From: Bilabrum cf. latius
Lineage: Eukaryota
Direction of reading: 5' to 3'
Assembly (NCBI GenBank): GCA_965178125.1
Contig: OZ237765.1
Coordinates: 248,001 to 312,000 of the forward strand
Length of the DNA: 64,000 nucleotides
Under the pieces are notes generated by a model. The model saw only the letters and a list, made by a program, of their open reading frames with translations. It searched no databases and was not told where the DNA came from. Position 1 is the stretch's first letter, and every line of letters begins with the position of its first letter. Positions 14,301 through 27,774 of the stretch are shown one piece after another. Position numbers and translations under genes: made by a program.

Positions 14301-15505
14301 GCAGCGGCTGCTGCGCCCTCCATGGCCGCCCTGACCTGCTTCAGCACATCTTCCCTCTGCTCCTCCACCTCCTTTTGTTCCCTGGCATGCTCTACCGCCC
14401 TATGGGCTCGCGCCCGCCGCATGAGATCCCGCTCGAACGCAACCGCAGCAGGGGAGCCTCTGGGTGCGGGCTCGCCTGCCGCGGCTACAGTGGCCTGTCC
14501 CGCCTGTTTCAATCCAAAAGGGCTCGTGGACTCCCCTGGAGTATCGCCATGCTCTTCACCACTGCCTTTGTGGAAGAAGGGACGCCTCGTGCGGGGGTCA
14601 AACCTGGGTGACTTGCCGGTGGGTCGCTGGCCGATCGTGGCTGCGGCTTCCAGCATGTGCTTAGGCGGTGGCGGCACGGTCCCCCCGAATGCAGTACGCT
14701 TTGAATTGCCGTGCCTGATGGCCGTGCGGGAGTGCAGTGCAGCTGCCCCTGCCCTACCCCTGTGTGCCTCGCTTCGGGCGAGAGGCCCTTGCCTCTGCTG
14801 GCCAAGCCGCGAGCCGTCCACCAGCACGCCAGCAGAACCCGCAAGCAGCTGCTCCTGCGACGACGTCTCCCCCATTCGAACCAGGCCTCCACTCGTCACA
14901 CCAGGGGGCAGCATGCCGGCTGCGGATGGTTGTGCGAGTGCAGAGGGGGAGCCGGGCTGCCTGGGGACCACCAGGCCGGCCGCACTGGACGCGAACGCTT
15001 TGCGGGCCGGAGCAGATTTCGATTCTGTCCCGCGCGAGCCGCGTTCCGATCGGGTGCGAGCCAGTTCCAGCTCGGCTTGCATGGCTGCTCGTCGTGCTGC
15101 CTCCTTCGGCTGCCCAGGTGCTGTTGACATTGCCAGCGTGCTTGCTCGATGAACCGCACCCTGCTTCAGTAAAAAGTCAGCTTGCCTCTCTCTTTGTAGG
15201 CGAATGAACTGCTTTGCTCTATCAAGGCAACCTGCGTCCTATCGAGTCTGCTGCACGAGCAAGGAATGCAGTGTACCGCCCCGCAGCATGGCGAACCTAC
15301 CGCCGGCTCCAAAGGTGGATAAGGCGTCTTGCGTACCCTGCGCTACCTTTTGAGATACGTTTGCTGACCGCGGGCCTCCGCTGAATGAACCGTCGTCGGC
15401 GCCGGTAATAGCCATGGACGGTCGAAGCAACTCGTCCTCTGACATCAAATCGATCCGGCTCAATTCCATATCTTTAATCGATGACTCCAATTCTGCCGCC
15501 GACAT
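6566..15505 (-). CDS. Very large (~2979 aa) low-complexity protein with two cyclic-nucleotide-binding (CNB) domains
   Basis: A single frame runs from ATG 15505 to TGA 6566 through 12 TAGs (15239, 14279, 14108, 12968, 11450, 10472, 9332, 8789, 8774, 8492, 6689, 6617). CNB-like segments: WLRQRSPHFAMLS...VYFVLSGQ...IKSGDTLG and YLQRLPLFDGW...IYDAGEDVDAVCLCLSGSIEL...VEPGSWFGEESVL. Confidence 0.8.
8265..8315. repeat. (CCTGCT)n coding hexamer microsatellite encoding an SR dipeptide tract
   Basis: Direct tandem repeat; translates as SRSRSRSR... in the minus-strand gene. Confidence 0.9.
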
Positions 15506-15763
15506 GGCTCACACAACCAAACAAATTATTGAGACCAACAGAAAAAATCTAGAAAAAGTATTTGCTTTGTCGCTATAATGCGGCATGATGGTCTACCCAA
15601 CGGAAAGCCGTTCGGGCTCCGGATCGCGACAGCTGAGCAGCGGTCGCACAGAAAAACACATTTCGCCTTCAAGTTGGTCGCTTCACATACGTACCAAACC
15701 AGATGATACTACAAAGATCCCCAATCGGACCACGCGCTTTCATTCACAAACTCACTCAATCAC

Positions 15764-17982
15764 TCACCCCAGCGCCGCCTCGGCCCGCCCCTCCACTGCC
15801 GCCCGTCGGCTCCTAAACTCGCGGAGGAAGTCGCCCATGCCGCCCTGCCTGCCCACAATGGGAGGCTACACTGCAGTTCCTCTTCCCGGCATCACCGCCG
15901 TTACTCCTGCATGGCCCAAACCACTCGTCACACCGCTCGTGCCAGAGATCACGCCGCGGTGGCGCGCAGTGGAGATACCCTCCGAGAGCGCGCGGGGCCG
16001 CACGGCTCCAAAGCCGGTCTTGCCGGCGAGATCGGCAGCGTTCCCGCTCATCCCACCCCGAGCAACTTTGCGATCCTGATCATTGTCACCACCACGCCTA
16101 TTTGTCACACCAGTTAGCCCTGTTGTGTTCCTTGCGCGCTCCATCTGCTCCCACCGGGCGAACCTCTGAAAGGGATTGTTCCCTTGCTTGCTCGCCCGTT
16201 TTGTTCCCTGGTGTGTCCCCTGGGATCGTGCCACGGACGGACGCTCCGTCGGCTGCCTGGATGCACTCGTCATCAACGCGTGCAGCGAATCCTCCGAGCC
16301 GGCTGGAGATGGCGGCAGCTGGCACTCGTCATCAACACACCGTCTCCCCAGCGAGTCGCGTGGAGAACCGGTGTGACGAGTGATGACATGCCCCCCTACG
16401 AGCGTACCCGATGACGGGCCCATTCCTGTAGCAGCAGCCGCTGCAGATGCCCCCACAGCGCCTACCCCCCGAAGCATCGCCACGTCCCCCGCAGAAGCAC
16501 CGGCGCTGAGGAGAGCCTCCGCGCCCCTAAGTGCACGCAACTCCCTCGCGATGGCATCGGCGCTCCGACCCCCGAGATCCACACCCACACCAGACCCAGA
16601 CCCAGACCCGGACCCAGCCCCTGCAGCCGACCCCAATAATCGCGGGGTCCCACGGCCGCCCGCCAGGAGGCCCCGCCCAGCCCCCAGCGCGTCCCGCACC
16701 CTGGCCCTCTGCAGCTCCTGCTCCTGCTCGTGCAGCTTGCGGAGCGCGTCCACCTCTGCTCTGTGCGCGGCATCCGCTTGTTCCCTGGCCCTGGCCCAGG
16801 CCTCCCTCTCCGCCCTGAGAGCGTGACCCGCCGCGGATGCCTTCTCCACCGCCCGCAGCCGTTCTTGTTCCCTGGACGCCGCGAGGGCTGCCAGCCTGTC
16901 TTGTTCCCTGGCCCGGAGGAGGGCTGCCATGCCCTGGCTCTGGCTCTGGGCTTGACCCTAACTCTGCGCACGGCTCTGGGCATGGCTCTGGTCCTAGTGG
17001 GTGGCGCTGCCCTGTTCCCTGGTTGTCCCCGCCAATGCACTCGTCATCATGCCGGCGCGTTCGCTCCGCTCGAGCATTCGCTCGGCTTGCTCCAGCACCT
17101 GGTCACGGGTACTGTGGGGAGACTGGGATGTTGCCAGTGGAGGGCTCGATGTGCCATTGCCCGACTGGTTCTTGCCCTGGTGCTGATCTTGATCCTGGTG
17201 CTGATCCTGCTGCGCCTGCACCGACGCGACCGTCGTGGCAGACACATTGAACAAGTCGCTCTCCGGAGGTACCTGTGACGAGTGCGCTTCTTTGCCGATT
17301 GCATCATGCCCGTGCACGTGTCCGCGCCCATGGCCGGAGGCAGCGGCAGCAGCAGCAGCAGCACGCCCAGAGCGCGTCAAAGTGGCGGGGGACCCGACCA
17401 ACACTCCCGCCCCCCTCCGCACCCTACGCCGGCGCGACCTGCTGCCGCTTCTGCTTGCACCGCCGTGCGATGCACCGGCACCGGGTGAGTTAGCCCGCTA
17501 CTGCGTGGCCATGGCCTGCTTCCTGACGGCGTCGCCCGTCAACCGTCGCACGGTTCGCGCTGCATGGCCCGCCCGCCTGGAGGAGACCCGATTTGGTTGA
17601 TCGGATCCCGGTTGCAACCTAGAATCGCGACCTCTTGAGCGAGCAAGTGCTCCGGACCGCAGTGCGGCGCGCGTAGCCGCCACTGGCCGAGGCTGCACGG
17701 GGCCCACTGATCCTGTGTGACGAGTGTACGCACCGGTGGCCGATCCGTCTTCATCCGGATCGCAGTTGGTGCCATCGTAGCCTGCTTCTTGCGGTTTCTG
17801 CCCTGTGCTGGCGTCCTTGTGCGCGCCATTCTCGTATTTTCTGAGACCAGCGGCGATATCAGGGCCATCTTCATCTTCGATTTCAGCCCCGCCCGAGCCG
17901 GTTGGATCCCAATCTTCATCCTTCGATTCGTGTACCATGTCGGCGCCTGCACCACCTGACTTCCTGATTGCCCTCCTTGCCC

Positions 17983-18019
<37 letters not shown>

Positions 18020-19444
18020 CTCCTCCTCCTGTTGCTAGAGCTCCTGCTCCAATTCCCGAGCCGCCCGCTCCGCCTCGTCCAGCAGCCCGATCCCTCGATC
18101 CGATCCTGCCCCTTGATCCGATCTTGGGAGCTGGCGATCGTGCCTCTGTCGACCCCCCTGTCCGCCAACCCGCTCCTGCCCCTGCACCTGCCTCTGTCCC
18201 TGCCCCTGATGCTGCACATGGCCGCCACCGCGCTCGCGCCCGCGGGATGGTCTTGTCCCGCGGGACCTGGCTCGCCCCCGCTTCGCGGCGGTTTCCCGGA
18301 AATGGACCCGCCTTTGCCTGGCGTCGGACGGCGGCGGGGCCGACTCTAGGCTGCGTCGCGCGCGGCGCCGCTGCGTGCTTACGGAACCAGAGTCTGTATG
18401 TTCATCGTGCCGCCCCCCCTCCGCCTTGGTGCCTGTGTCCGGACTCGTGCCGGCGGAACTTGATCCGGCGCCGCGCAGCAGCTCACCCACGTACTCTGCG
18501 GCTCGCATGCTTCTCAAAGAAACGATGTCGTCCTGCGGCGCACCACCGCGCGATGCACCTCCAGCCGCCGCTGCCTGCCAGAATGGAAGGTGTAGCGCAC
18601 TGCCGGGTTCTGGCGGTGACGCCTGCATGTCTTCCCGGTGCATCGCATTGCTGTGCCTGCGACCGAATCGACCGTCTTGTGCGTATCCCAGCGCTGAAGC
18701 GACCGGTGGTGTCGCGCGCCTAGCCAGTGGCACCGATGATGATAAGGGCTAGTGTGACGACAAGGACGCAGCTGCGCTGCCACTGCGGCTGGTCCATACG
18801 CTGCTTGGTGGCCTTCGCTGTGCCCGCCCTGCCTGCCCGACGGAGCCCTTGCCCGGTGCTCCTCCGGCACGGGGCCCCAGGTACTCCCCTTCGAGCTCGT
18901 CGAATGCCTTCCCGAGCAGGTCTTCTTCCTTTCCTGCTATTGACTGGGGATCGCCCCTCTCGCGAGCGAATGCTGCGCGTCCCTTCACCATGCGATCGCG
19001 CTTGGAGCGTGCTCGACCAGCGGCCTCGCCAGCGCGCTGGCGGGCTGCCTGCTCGATCCTAGAGTACGCGTCATCAAATGCCGAGCTACGAGCCTTTGGC
19101 CGCAAGTTTGGCGCCTCTCCACTGTGGCGAAATCGTGCTTCGAGCGCCAAATAGGATGGCAGCGTGGGTAATTGATCGGGGGGCATCCGGTCAAACGGAC
19201 GCTCCAACCTGATTCGCCTCTTTCCGCTTCTTTGCGTGGCAGAAATAGCGCTATGCAGCCTCGCCAAGAGCAAGGCGGACCATACATTGCGGTTGTGCAG
19301 CCATTCTGGTCGAGTTGCAGTGGCATCTGATGCAAGCAACTCCACCCACTTCTCGACCCTAATCGTCGTTCCCCGATCAATCTCCGTGCATAGTGACTCG
19401 ATATTTCTCAAATGATCTAAGAAAACCATGTCATAATCATTCAT
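15764..19444 (-). CDS. DUF4485 (CEP112 N-terminal-like) domain protein with a coiled-coil/low-complexity tail, ~1226 aa
   Basis: The N-terminus IRVEKWVELL...WLHNRNVWSALLLARL...LERPFDRMPPDQLPTLP fits the DUF4485 pattern. The frame continues through TAG 18749, 18035, 17498, 16994, 16958 and 15866 to TGA 15764. Confidence 0.75.
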
Positions 19445-19602
19445 TGCAAGAATTGTGGGGCCACTTGCCACAAACGGCAGAAAACCAGATTTTGCTCAAT
19501 ATACGCGCAACCTCTGAACTGCATGAACGCGGCAGCTTGGAAGGCTAATTCTGGCTGCTTGAAAAGAATCTACGAGTCTAAACGTGTATTTAAAAGCACT
19601 AC

Positions 19603-22277
19603 TCATGCAAGCTCGCCAGCATCCGTGATTGTCATGTTCGCAAATTGGCTGTAGCCGTACGAGGACACCACAGCAGCCCAGCCAGACGCGGGAGCACCTG
19701 CCCCGATGCTCCCCTGCAGCACCGACTGCCCGTTCACCGACCCAGACACCGCCCCTTTGGAATCCTGTGCCATTTCAAGGCAGTACCACCCAGACTCGGA
19801 GCTGGGTACCGATCCAACGGCAGCGGCTCCCTTCGTCGGCTGGTACCTCCAAGTGCCGTTGCGGAACACAATGAAGGTGCGCGGCGCCTGCCCGCCCACT
19901 GGGCTCCACTTGAGCACCTGCTTGACGCCGATCCCTGCGAAGCCAGCCAGCGGATGCCCCCTACTCTCGGCTGCGGGCTTCACCGCCACCCGGATTCGAA
20001 CCTGGGACCGGTTGGTGCCCCCCACCAGAGACATGGGGTGCTCCAGCTCGTCCTTGTGCCAGGGGATCACGGGGGATGGAACAACCTGTGTGATGAGTGC
20101 ACCGCTCGCACCACCAGCCCAACCGCTTGGCTTGCCTTTGTTTCCATAAAGTTGAACAGCACCAGCACCAGCACCAGCACCAGCACCAGCACCAGCACCA
20201 GCACCAGCACCAGCACCAGCACCAGCACCAGCACCAGCACCAGCACCAGCACCAGCACCAGCACCAGCACCAGCACCAGCACCAGCACCAGCACCAGCAC
20301 CAGCACCAGCACCAGCACCAGCACCAGCACCAGCACCAGCACCAGCACCAGCACCGCCCCTCATACCCTCGAGGTCACACCACGTGCCGGGCGGTGCCCC
20401 AGCAGCATCGCTCGTCACACCCTCGCTGCTGCCCTCGAATACGCCGGTGGTATCCAGCATGAAACGGCTCCTCTGCCCCTCCAGCTCAACGGACAAATCG
20501 TCCTCGTAGTGGGAGGGGAAGGGTCCGGAGGGCGGCGGCTGCGGCACATTGCGGCCTCCTCGGATGGTCGACAGAGTGTACACGCCGTTCTTCCGCATGG
20601 TGACAGCCAACACTCCGCTGCCATCCGGCTGCACGCTAACAGGGATCGTACCGTTGTACTCGAAGAACACAGATTGTTGGGGGCGATAGACGTCGTCACC
20701 AGGCGCAAAGTACGACTCCCATAGGTGTACCGAGGCGTTGGCCGGCATGGCTCGGACCACGTCAGCTGATAGCCTGATGGTGACCCGCTGCACCGGCTCT
20801 ATTTCGAAGGGCGGATGCTTGTCTTTGTAGCACTCGCTGTTGTTGTGCTCCATGGTCTGCGCCACGATCGTGAAGTCCCAGGGCCGGGGACGCATGGCCG
20901 AGCCGTCCATCCCAGGCCCAGCCATGGCGCACTCGCTGCTGGGGACGAACCCGACGAACGTTCCTCCACCGGGGAGCTTCCCGGACCCGAACCCCGGCCG
21001 CACGTACTTCCAGCAGGGCCACGCGAACTGCGAGTAGTGCGCGGTGGCGTAGATCGGTGGGTTGATCACGTAGTGTCCCGACCACGGCTCCACCGCCCAC
21101 ATGAGGCCGTGTCCGTCGTAGGCCAGGCCCCATGGGTACGTCTAGACTGCGGCACGATTTGATTTAGGAGAAAACTGTGATTTTGGGCTGTTGAGAATTT
21201 AGTATGCACTGAGGACGAGCGGGGCGGTGTGGGTGCCTGTGCTCTACAGTGGGCTGCACCCAGGGCAATCAGTCTCTCACTCAGGTTCCAGGCGATGTTG
21301 GCGGTCACATTGCCAAAGAGGTAGCCCCATGAGTTCTCCCTCGCCCAGCATCCGCCTCCATTTGAGTCGCTGTACGTGGTGTAGGACTCGCTGCCCCAGA
21401 TCTGCTTCCCTGTGGCGATCGCGTCTGCCGGCACGCTCTCGGAGTCTCTCAGCGGCTCGTGCACGCCAAGAACCTCCACTGCATCCATAGCTTCCTGGTC
21501 CTGGAGCAGCTGGTCCACGATGGTGAAGTCGTGCTGGTCTGCCACGACGATCCCCACGTCCTGCAGGCCAGCCTTGTCCATCTTGCTCCTCAGGAGCTTG
21601 ATGAACCAGCTGGGTGGATTGCCCGACTCGTTGCGGATGCCAAGGTAATCGACCAGGTATCCCATGGTTGATTTCACTCCCTTTGCCCAGCCCACAAGGT
21701 AGTCGGCGGTGGCAGAGGAGTAGAAGAGGGCAGGGTTGCCGCTTGGCGTTCCGTCGTCTGTCTCGGGTTCGAAATCGACCACGCTCTCCGAGCGGTTCTG
21801 CAAGTGACCGGGAGCGGTCCAGGCTAACCCGCAAAGTAAAATGTCGGGGTTTCGTTTCTTGGCCTCGGTGATCAGCCAATTCTCCCAGCCGCGCTCTGGG
21901 TTGAAGCTAGTATCATTTTCGCTATGTTGCCAAGAGCTCTCGGTAGTAATGGTTGAGCCACCATCACCGCCAATTTCAACTTTAAGGAAGCTTATCTATG
22001 CCAATGATCCCGGCTTAAACAATAGGTCTAGAATGTCGGAACGCTGAGGTTCTATGTAGTCTCGGAGCTGCTGGGAGCTGCTTGCACTTAGCCCCCCGAT
22101 CCCATCGAACCGCCTACCTTCATGCGATACAGGGTCGAATTGCAATGTTCCAGCGGGATCAATCTCGCTTCCAGTGGTGCGACCCAGTCCGTAGGCCATA
22201 CACAAATTCGTGGGCATGCGAGATGCCACACACAGCACGGCTGCCAGTGGCCAAGCTGAACCCCACGAGCGCCCCAT
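19603..22277 (-). CDS. GALC: Galactosylceramidase-like glycoside hydrolase family 59, secreted, ~846 aa
   Basis: Signal peptide, then GRRFDGIGGLS, DILDLLFKP...LKVEIGGDG, RGWENWLITEAKKRNPDI, GIRNE, WGSES and AWNLI..GLMWAVEPWSGHY. Intron 21147..21280. TAG at 21996 and 21142. Stop TGA at 19603. Confidence 0.9.
20157..20355. repeat. Perfect (ACCAGC)~33 hexamer array encoding (Gly-Ala)n inside the GH59 gene
   Basis: Uninterrupted tandem repeat of about 200 bp, in frame. Confidence 0.97.
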
Positions 22278-22333
22278 TACTATATTGTGATATCACCAAA
22301 GGCAATGCTTGCCTCTTGTACCCTAGGTCAGGA

Positions 22334-24517
22334 ATGCGTGCGACACGACACGGCAGCGACCAAGTGCAACCGCACGGCATGGTGGCGGAGGAACCAGATA
22401 GCTCACCCTCTAAAGCAGGGTGTACATCGATTTGCGACGCATATCAAGGTTTTGTGTGCATGGAATCTCGCTCTGTCGATGCCTCTGCATTCATAGTGTC
22501 TGCACATGACTTTGATTGGGATGGTGCAACTGCAGTGAGATTCTGCAAGAGCGTCCGCCTTAACCTGCATAAGGGCTGGCGCCGTGGGCCAAAGGCTGGT
22601 ATAGCTCGATTTACAACTGTATTTGCACACGTGGAAAACCTCACGATTTACTATCGGTGCTGCGAAGGCAGGGGCAAGCTGTTGGGAAGACTTGTGCTGG
22701 GACTGCCTAGGCTTAAGTCGCTTGCAGTCAATCAGCTCAAGATGAAAACCAAAGATTGGCGACACTTCGCATTTGCTGCAGGTAGGCACGCATCATTGCA
22801 GTCCTTTCATCTTGACGCAAGCTTCAACTACGGCACTACGCTCGACCCGAGAGCGCTGCGATCACTGTGCAACAGCCGTTCTCTGCGCGTCCTGCGCATG
22901 AAGGGCATACAGCTGGAAACTGGATGTGGAAAGCTACTGGGAGAAGCGTTGCAGCGACCAGATTGCCTGCTCGAAGAGCTCAGTCTTTATTCCAGCGCGG
23001 ACTGCTACCCGGTTTTCGATCTCGGCCTAAGATCCAACGCCTCGCTGTTAGCACTGACAGTGTAGCCCGGTTACATGAGGGGGGATATTCCCTACTAGTT
23101 ACCCCTATAGTGTGCGTCGGTAAACGAGACCCTTCTCTTCGTTAGCATGACGAGCTTGGCGCGACGCCGCCCCGCGCAAGCGCTCGCGCGAGATTCGATG
23201 GTGCTGCCCCTGCCGCTGATCGCCTGTCACGTCCCGTTCGCGGGTTGGAACGAAGACCAGGAACTAGCTGACGAATTTGCACGCAAACTAGGCATGCTTA
23301 AAGCTATCCGCTCCGAAGACTCGTGGCGCTCATCGTTCGGCTATTTCGACGCCCGCGAAGTACCGCCTGTGGTCGTGCCAGCTGCTGCATGGCTGGTCTC
23401 CCCGGAGCCACCCACTCTTGTGCGAGCGATTTCGTTGGCGCATCTGGTCGTAGAAAAACGACCGATTCCTCTATCTAGGGTAACGGAATACGCGCTCCGG
23501 GCGGTCCTGCACGACCGGGGCCAGGGAACACATCCCGTGCAGCTGGCGCGGCTCGCACGGGTCCTGTGCAGGCTGTCTGGGGCTAGGGCGGCGTGGGGCC
23601 AGGACGATGTGACGAGTATCATGGTGACCCTGCCAAAGACTAAACGCATGTGGCTGCCCGATCACTTGAAAGAGACCAGTGGCAGTACGGTTGCAAGCGG
23701 CCATGGCGGCAGCAAGGTATCCAGTGGTCCATGCATGGCGGTCCCTGCCGCTGCCTCTGTCACGGCCACTGCCACTGCCACTGCCACTGCCACTGCCACT
23801 GCCGCGAGCATGGGCATGGCGGACGCCGGGGGAGCACGCGAAGGAATTCTGCCTGATAAATTTGCGTGCACTGAATGGGAGGGGCCAGTGGAGCCGCATC
23901 AGGCGAGAAGGGCCATCTTGCAGAGCGGGCTGCTGTTTGCATTGCGGCGGCGTGTGATCGAAGAGATTGGTCATATCGAGGAGCGGACTCGCAAGCTCCG
24001 TAAAGAGGGCACGATGAAAGCACAGGAAATAGAGGGCGCGGCATCGCCTGCAAAAGCAATGGCTGCCCCCGTGGATGGTGGGGATACGGGTTTGTCTGTG
24101 TCAGGAGACGACCCCATGGCGGGGTCAGGAGCTTTAGTGCACCCAAAGGCAGCGGCTAGGCAGCACCAGGAATCTGTCGATCTCGCCTGCGACCGGCTGC
24201 AGCGCGCGATTTGGGATGCTAGGGCAGGGGTGAGCAGCCTGGTGGGGACACTTGCCGATGAGCGCGGCATTCCAATGGTGCGGTGGAGGAGGGCAGTGGA
24301 GGCCAAGAGGGACGCTAGACGGGTGTTCCAGGCTGCGAGCGAGGGCAGGCCTCTGGAGCTCGGGAAGCGGCTGAGGCTGGGCAAGTTGGCAGGGGGGCTT
24401 GTGCACGCACGCGCGATTGAGACAGATGCGGGCTAGCGGATGGCGACCCCGCTGGAGGCAGCCAGGCTGGGAGGGCATGACGAGTGCGTTAAGGTGCTCG
24501 AGGAGGCCATGGGGTGA
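22334..24517 (+). CDS. RNI-like leucine-rich-repeat protein with a C-terminal ankyrin-like motif, ~727 aa
   Basis: LRR-like segments LPRLKSLAV, LQSFHLD, SLRVLRM and LLEELSL. ORFs join through TAG 23063, 23096, 23108 and 24434, and end ..TPLEAARLGGHDECVKVLEEAMG-TGA (ankyrin-like). The start could be ATG 22379 instead. Confidence 0.6.
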
Positions 24518-24769
24518 GTCGAGTGCCATGACCCATGGGTCAGTAGTCACATGTCACGAGTAGCCAAGGTCGGGGCGGGTGCAACCAAGCATGATATCGC
24601 GTGGAACTGCACGGCTGATGGATTTCATGAGGTGATGGCGCAGCTCTCAGCTGGCTGTGGCGTGGCAGTGTGCGGAGTTCGGAAGGAGAGAGGCTGGGCG
24701 CTGCAGTTCACGCATACATAAGCTTGGTCGAAGCATGCAATGCAGTGCACACGAAGGCGCTCTCCTTGC

Positions 24770-26254
24770 TTAGTGTGCCCCCTGGGTCCTCTTGCTCTGA
24801 TCCACCGTGCAATGCACCTTGCTGCCCTGCCCACCCGCAGGCATGCCTAGCAACACAGTCACGTCGTGCAGCCCCTGCCCCATGCTGTTGGCCTGTTCCC
24901 TGGTGCTGGGCAGAGGGGCCACGCTGTAGGGAACAGGGGTGCTCGACACTAGCGTGCAATGCACCTCCCGGATGGGCACATCAGGGAACAACAAATCCTT
25001 GGAGAAATCGATCGTCACGTTGGTAGCGCCCTCTCGCACGGCCGCCGACTCAGTTGCCCTGGTGCCTTTGGCCACGAAGACAGTGTCGATGCTGTTGGAC
25101 TCAATCGTCACACCAGAAACGTCGGTAAAGGTGCCGTCCAGGACGATGGTGTCGTTCTTGTAGCTGCGGTTGCCCTCGGCCCACCACCGGTTGTTGGCAA
25201 CCACCAGGCCCTCCACCGTGCTGCTGCGGTTAGCGCGGAGCACCAGATTGCCCCTGGCGAGGAACAGATTACCGGTTGCAACCATCGATTTGCAGTCCGT
25301 GATGACGAGTGGGGTGAAGTCCAGGTACGAATCTTTCACGGAGCCCAACCCGTTTTCGATCTCTATCCCGCGGCCGCCCTCCGTGGTCATCAGGTTCCAG
25401 GTGTGCACGCCCTCTATCTTGTTCGCGCCGTTTTGGCTCTTGATACCCACCAGGCCGCTCCAGATGATCACGTCTTGCACGTAACAGTCGTGCTGATCGC
25501 CTTCCAGCGAGATGCACGTGGCGGTCAGGTTGCTGCTCGGAGCACTTGCTCCGGTGCTCGCCTACCGCGCGTGCGCGCTGGGAAGGTACGGCGGCTCCTG
25601 GCCCAGCCAGGAATGGTGGATGTATCCGGCCCCGGTGCCAGTCATGCGGATGCCATACTCTGTGAAGCCGTACACCATGAGAGCCGGGCCCATGTTCACG
25701 TTCTGGCCGTTCCACATCGCCACTGCTGTGCTTGCCAGGCCCTGACCGTTGATCGTTAGGCGCTCCAAGTTGATGTTTTTGGCAGAATCGCCCCTGTCGT
25801 CCGTTTCCTCTCCGATTTGCAACAGGGTTGCGCCCACTGGAAACGAGCCGAGCAGCGCTGAGATCGTGCCGCCTCGTATGTTGTAGTTTGTGTACCCACT
25901 CGGAAATTTCACGGTGCCACCGACGGCCCAGTTGCCACCAGAGAGGTCTAGCGTAGCAGAATTGAGGTTGCAGAAGCTGTCCTTAGCTGGCGCGCACCCC
26001 GCTGCACCAGTCATCGCGCTGATCGCCTTGCTCACGGCGCCAAGGCTATCAGTTTCACCGGTCGGATCCCCACCAAACTACACAGGAGAAAAAATTGCTG
26101 CTTCAGTCGCTTGTGCAGAGTGTGGCGGCACGTAGGCCTGGCCGAGGACCGAACGAATGGCGGCGTGTCGGTGGCCTGGGAAGGACTCGAGGTGTGGGAT
26201 CGAGGAGCTCGCTGCCAAAGTAAGACCAGCCAAAACGGTTAATGCATGTATCAT
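24770..26254 (-). CDS. Secreted pectin-lyase-fold beta-helix protein (QRT3 polygalacturonase-like), ~494 aa
   Basis: Signal peptide MIHALTVLAGLTLAA, then FGGDPTGETDS, LDLSGGNW, SWLGQ, ISLEGDQHDCYVQDVIIWSG..GANKIEGVHTWN and a C-terminal TVDQS. TAG at 26078 and 25562. Stop is TAA at 24770. Confidence 0.75.
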
Positions 26255-26393
26255 GTCGTCTTCGAACTATTGAGTTTGCTGGTTGTGGTGGGCCACCACA
26301 TGCTGCAGTTGCAGTTGCAGAATTTTTTGGTTCCGCTGCAACTTTGAAGATCCTGTCACGGCGCATCATCCGGCACATACCGTATCAATCAGC

Positions 26394-27413
26394 ATGGCTG
26401 GAGCCGCAAGCTCTGGATTTTCAAAACTGTCTGCTGAATAGGTCAAGTTCTGGGATGAGAACGGCTATCTTATCGTAGATAGTGTGTTTGATGCGTCCGA
26501 AGTATCGGAGCTACGATAGGCATACGATGAAGTATTGCGAGTTTGCGGCCGTGACGATATACCAGATCGGTATGCAGGCGAGAATCTAGAGCTTTGGATC
26601 GATGTCAGGCCGCCTGAAGGCACACCTGCAGGCCTGGAAAGAGCGAAACACGTCCGTAAGGTGGAGTGGCCCAACCTGCTACACGCCGGATTTGAGAAAT
26701 ACAGGACGTCAGATAAGCTACGAAAGCTGGCATGGCCATTGATGCATGGCGGATCGCTTCGTACGGCTTCCACCACACCAGAGGACTGCGTTGCATCGAC
26801 TGCGCCCATTGATTACGAAAAAGCTGCCGCCTCCCTAGATACCTCCAGCGGCACACCCGCCGGAGACATCAAGAGCTACAAGTGCTAGATAAACTTTAAG
26901 ATGCCCGGTGGAGCCGTGGATTTCCCTTGGCACCAGGATATCCGCCCGGTTCCGGCGTTTGTGGATTAGGGCAGAAACTATGTCCAGACAATCATCGCAG
27001 TCGACGACCACACGAAAGAGAACGGCTGCCTGTGGCTGTGCCCAGGCACGCACACGCTAGGCGACCTGAAGGTGAAGCGGTACGAGAAAGGAGCCATCGA
27101 GAAGAGCGTGGACATCAGCAAGGCCGTGCCCTGCGAGGCCACGGCAGGGAGCGTGATCATGTTCAAGTCGTTCTTGGTGCACGGCTCCAAGCCCAACACG
27201 ACGGACAAGCCGCGCAGAGCATTTATCAATGGGTTGGTGCACGGCATGTCCACTACCATGGGCAGGTGGACCTGGCGAGGCGGCCATCCGGTGCCCATCA
27301 CTTCGGACCACGATTACTCGGCTCTCAGGGCCCAAATGGGACTAACGACGGACCCGCACGCGCTACAGTGGACAGAAACGGGATGGAAAGGAAAGTCCAG
27401 TGATGAAAAGTGA
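26394..27413 (+). CDS. Phytanoyl-CoA dioxygenase (PhyH) family Fe(II)/2OG dioxygenase, 339 aa
   Basis: LSAE*VKFWDENGY, FKMPGGAVDFPWHQD, IAVDDHTKENGCLWLCPGTH, AGSVIMF..LVHGSKPNTTDKPRRA. TAG at 26439, 26517, 26886 and 26967. Stop TGA. Confidence 0.92.
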
Positions 27414-27774
27414 TGGTTTTGGCTGCAGGACGAGTACGTGGCAGGTGAGGCTGCTGGCCGCCTGTCGATGCTGCCGTGCAGCAGGCAAGTGCTTCGCTCC
27501 GATCGTCTCGGGTCGGCTTTTCTCAGCCCACCCAGGACATAGCATGGTGGCGCGGCTGCTCACTTCTAATTGTTTATTTGCGTTGCACGGCCTTAGCTGC
27601 TCCAGACCCTGCTCCTGATCTTGCGTGCTCCAGACTAGACAATCAAGCGGCGTGCAATCCTGATTAGATTAGCAATGACAGACAGAGTGTAAACAGCGTA
27701 CAAGGCAGGCAAAGCTAAATTTACTAGCTAAGCTCCAGCAGCGAGCATCCGGATAGCTTCGGGCCAACAACGCC

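Noticed and set aside
20157-20355. CRISPR array or telomeric repeat
   Set aside because: It is a contiguous hexamer with no spacers, in frame inside a gene, and not a telomere motif.
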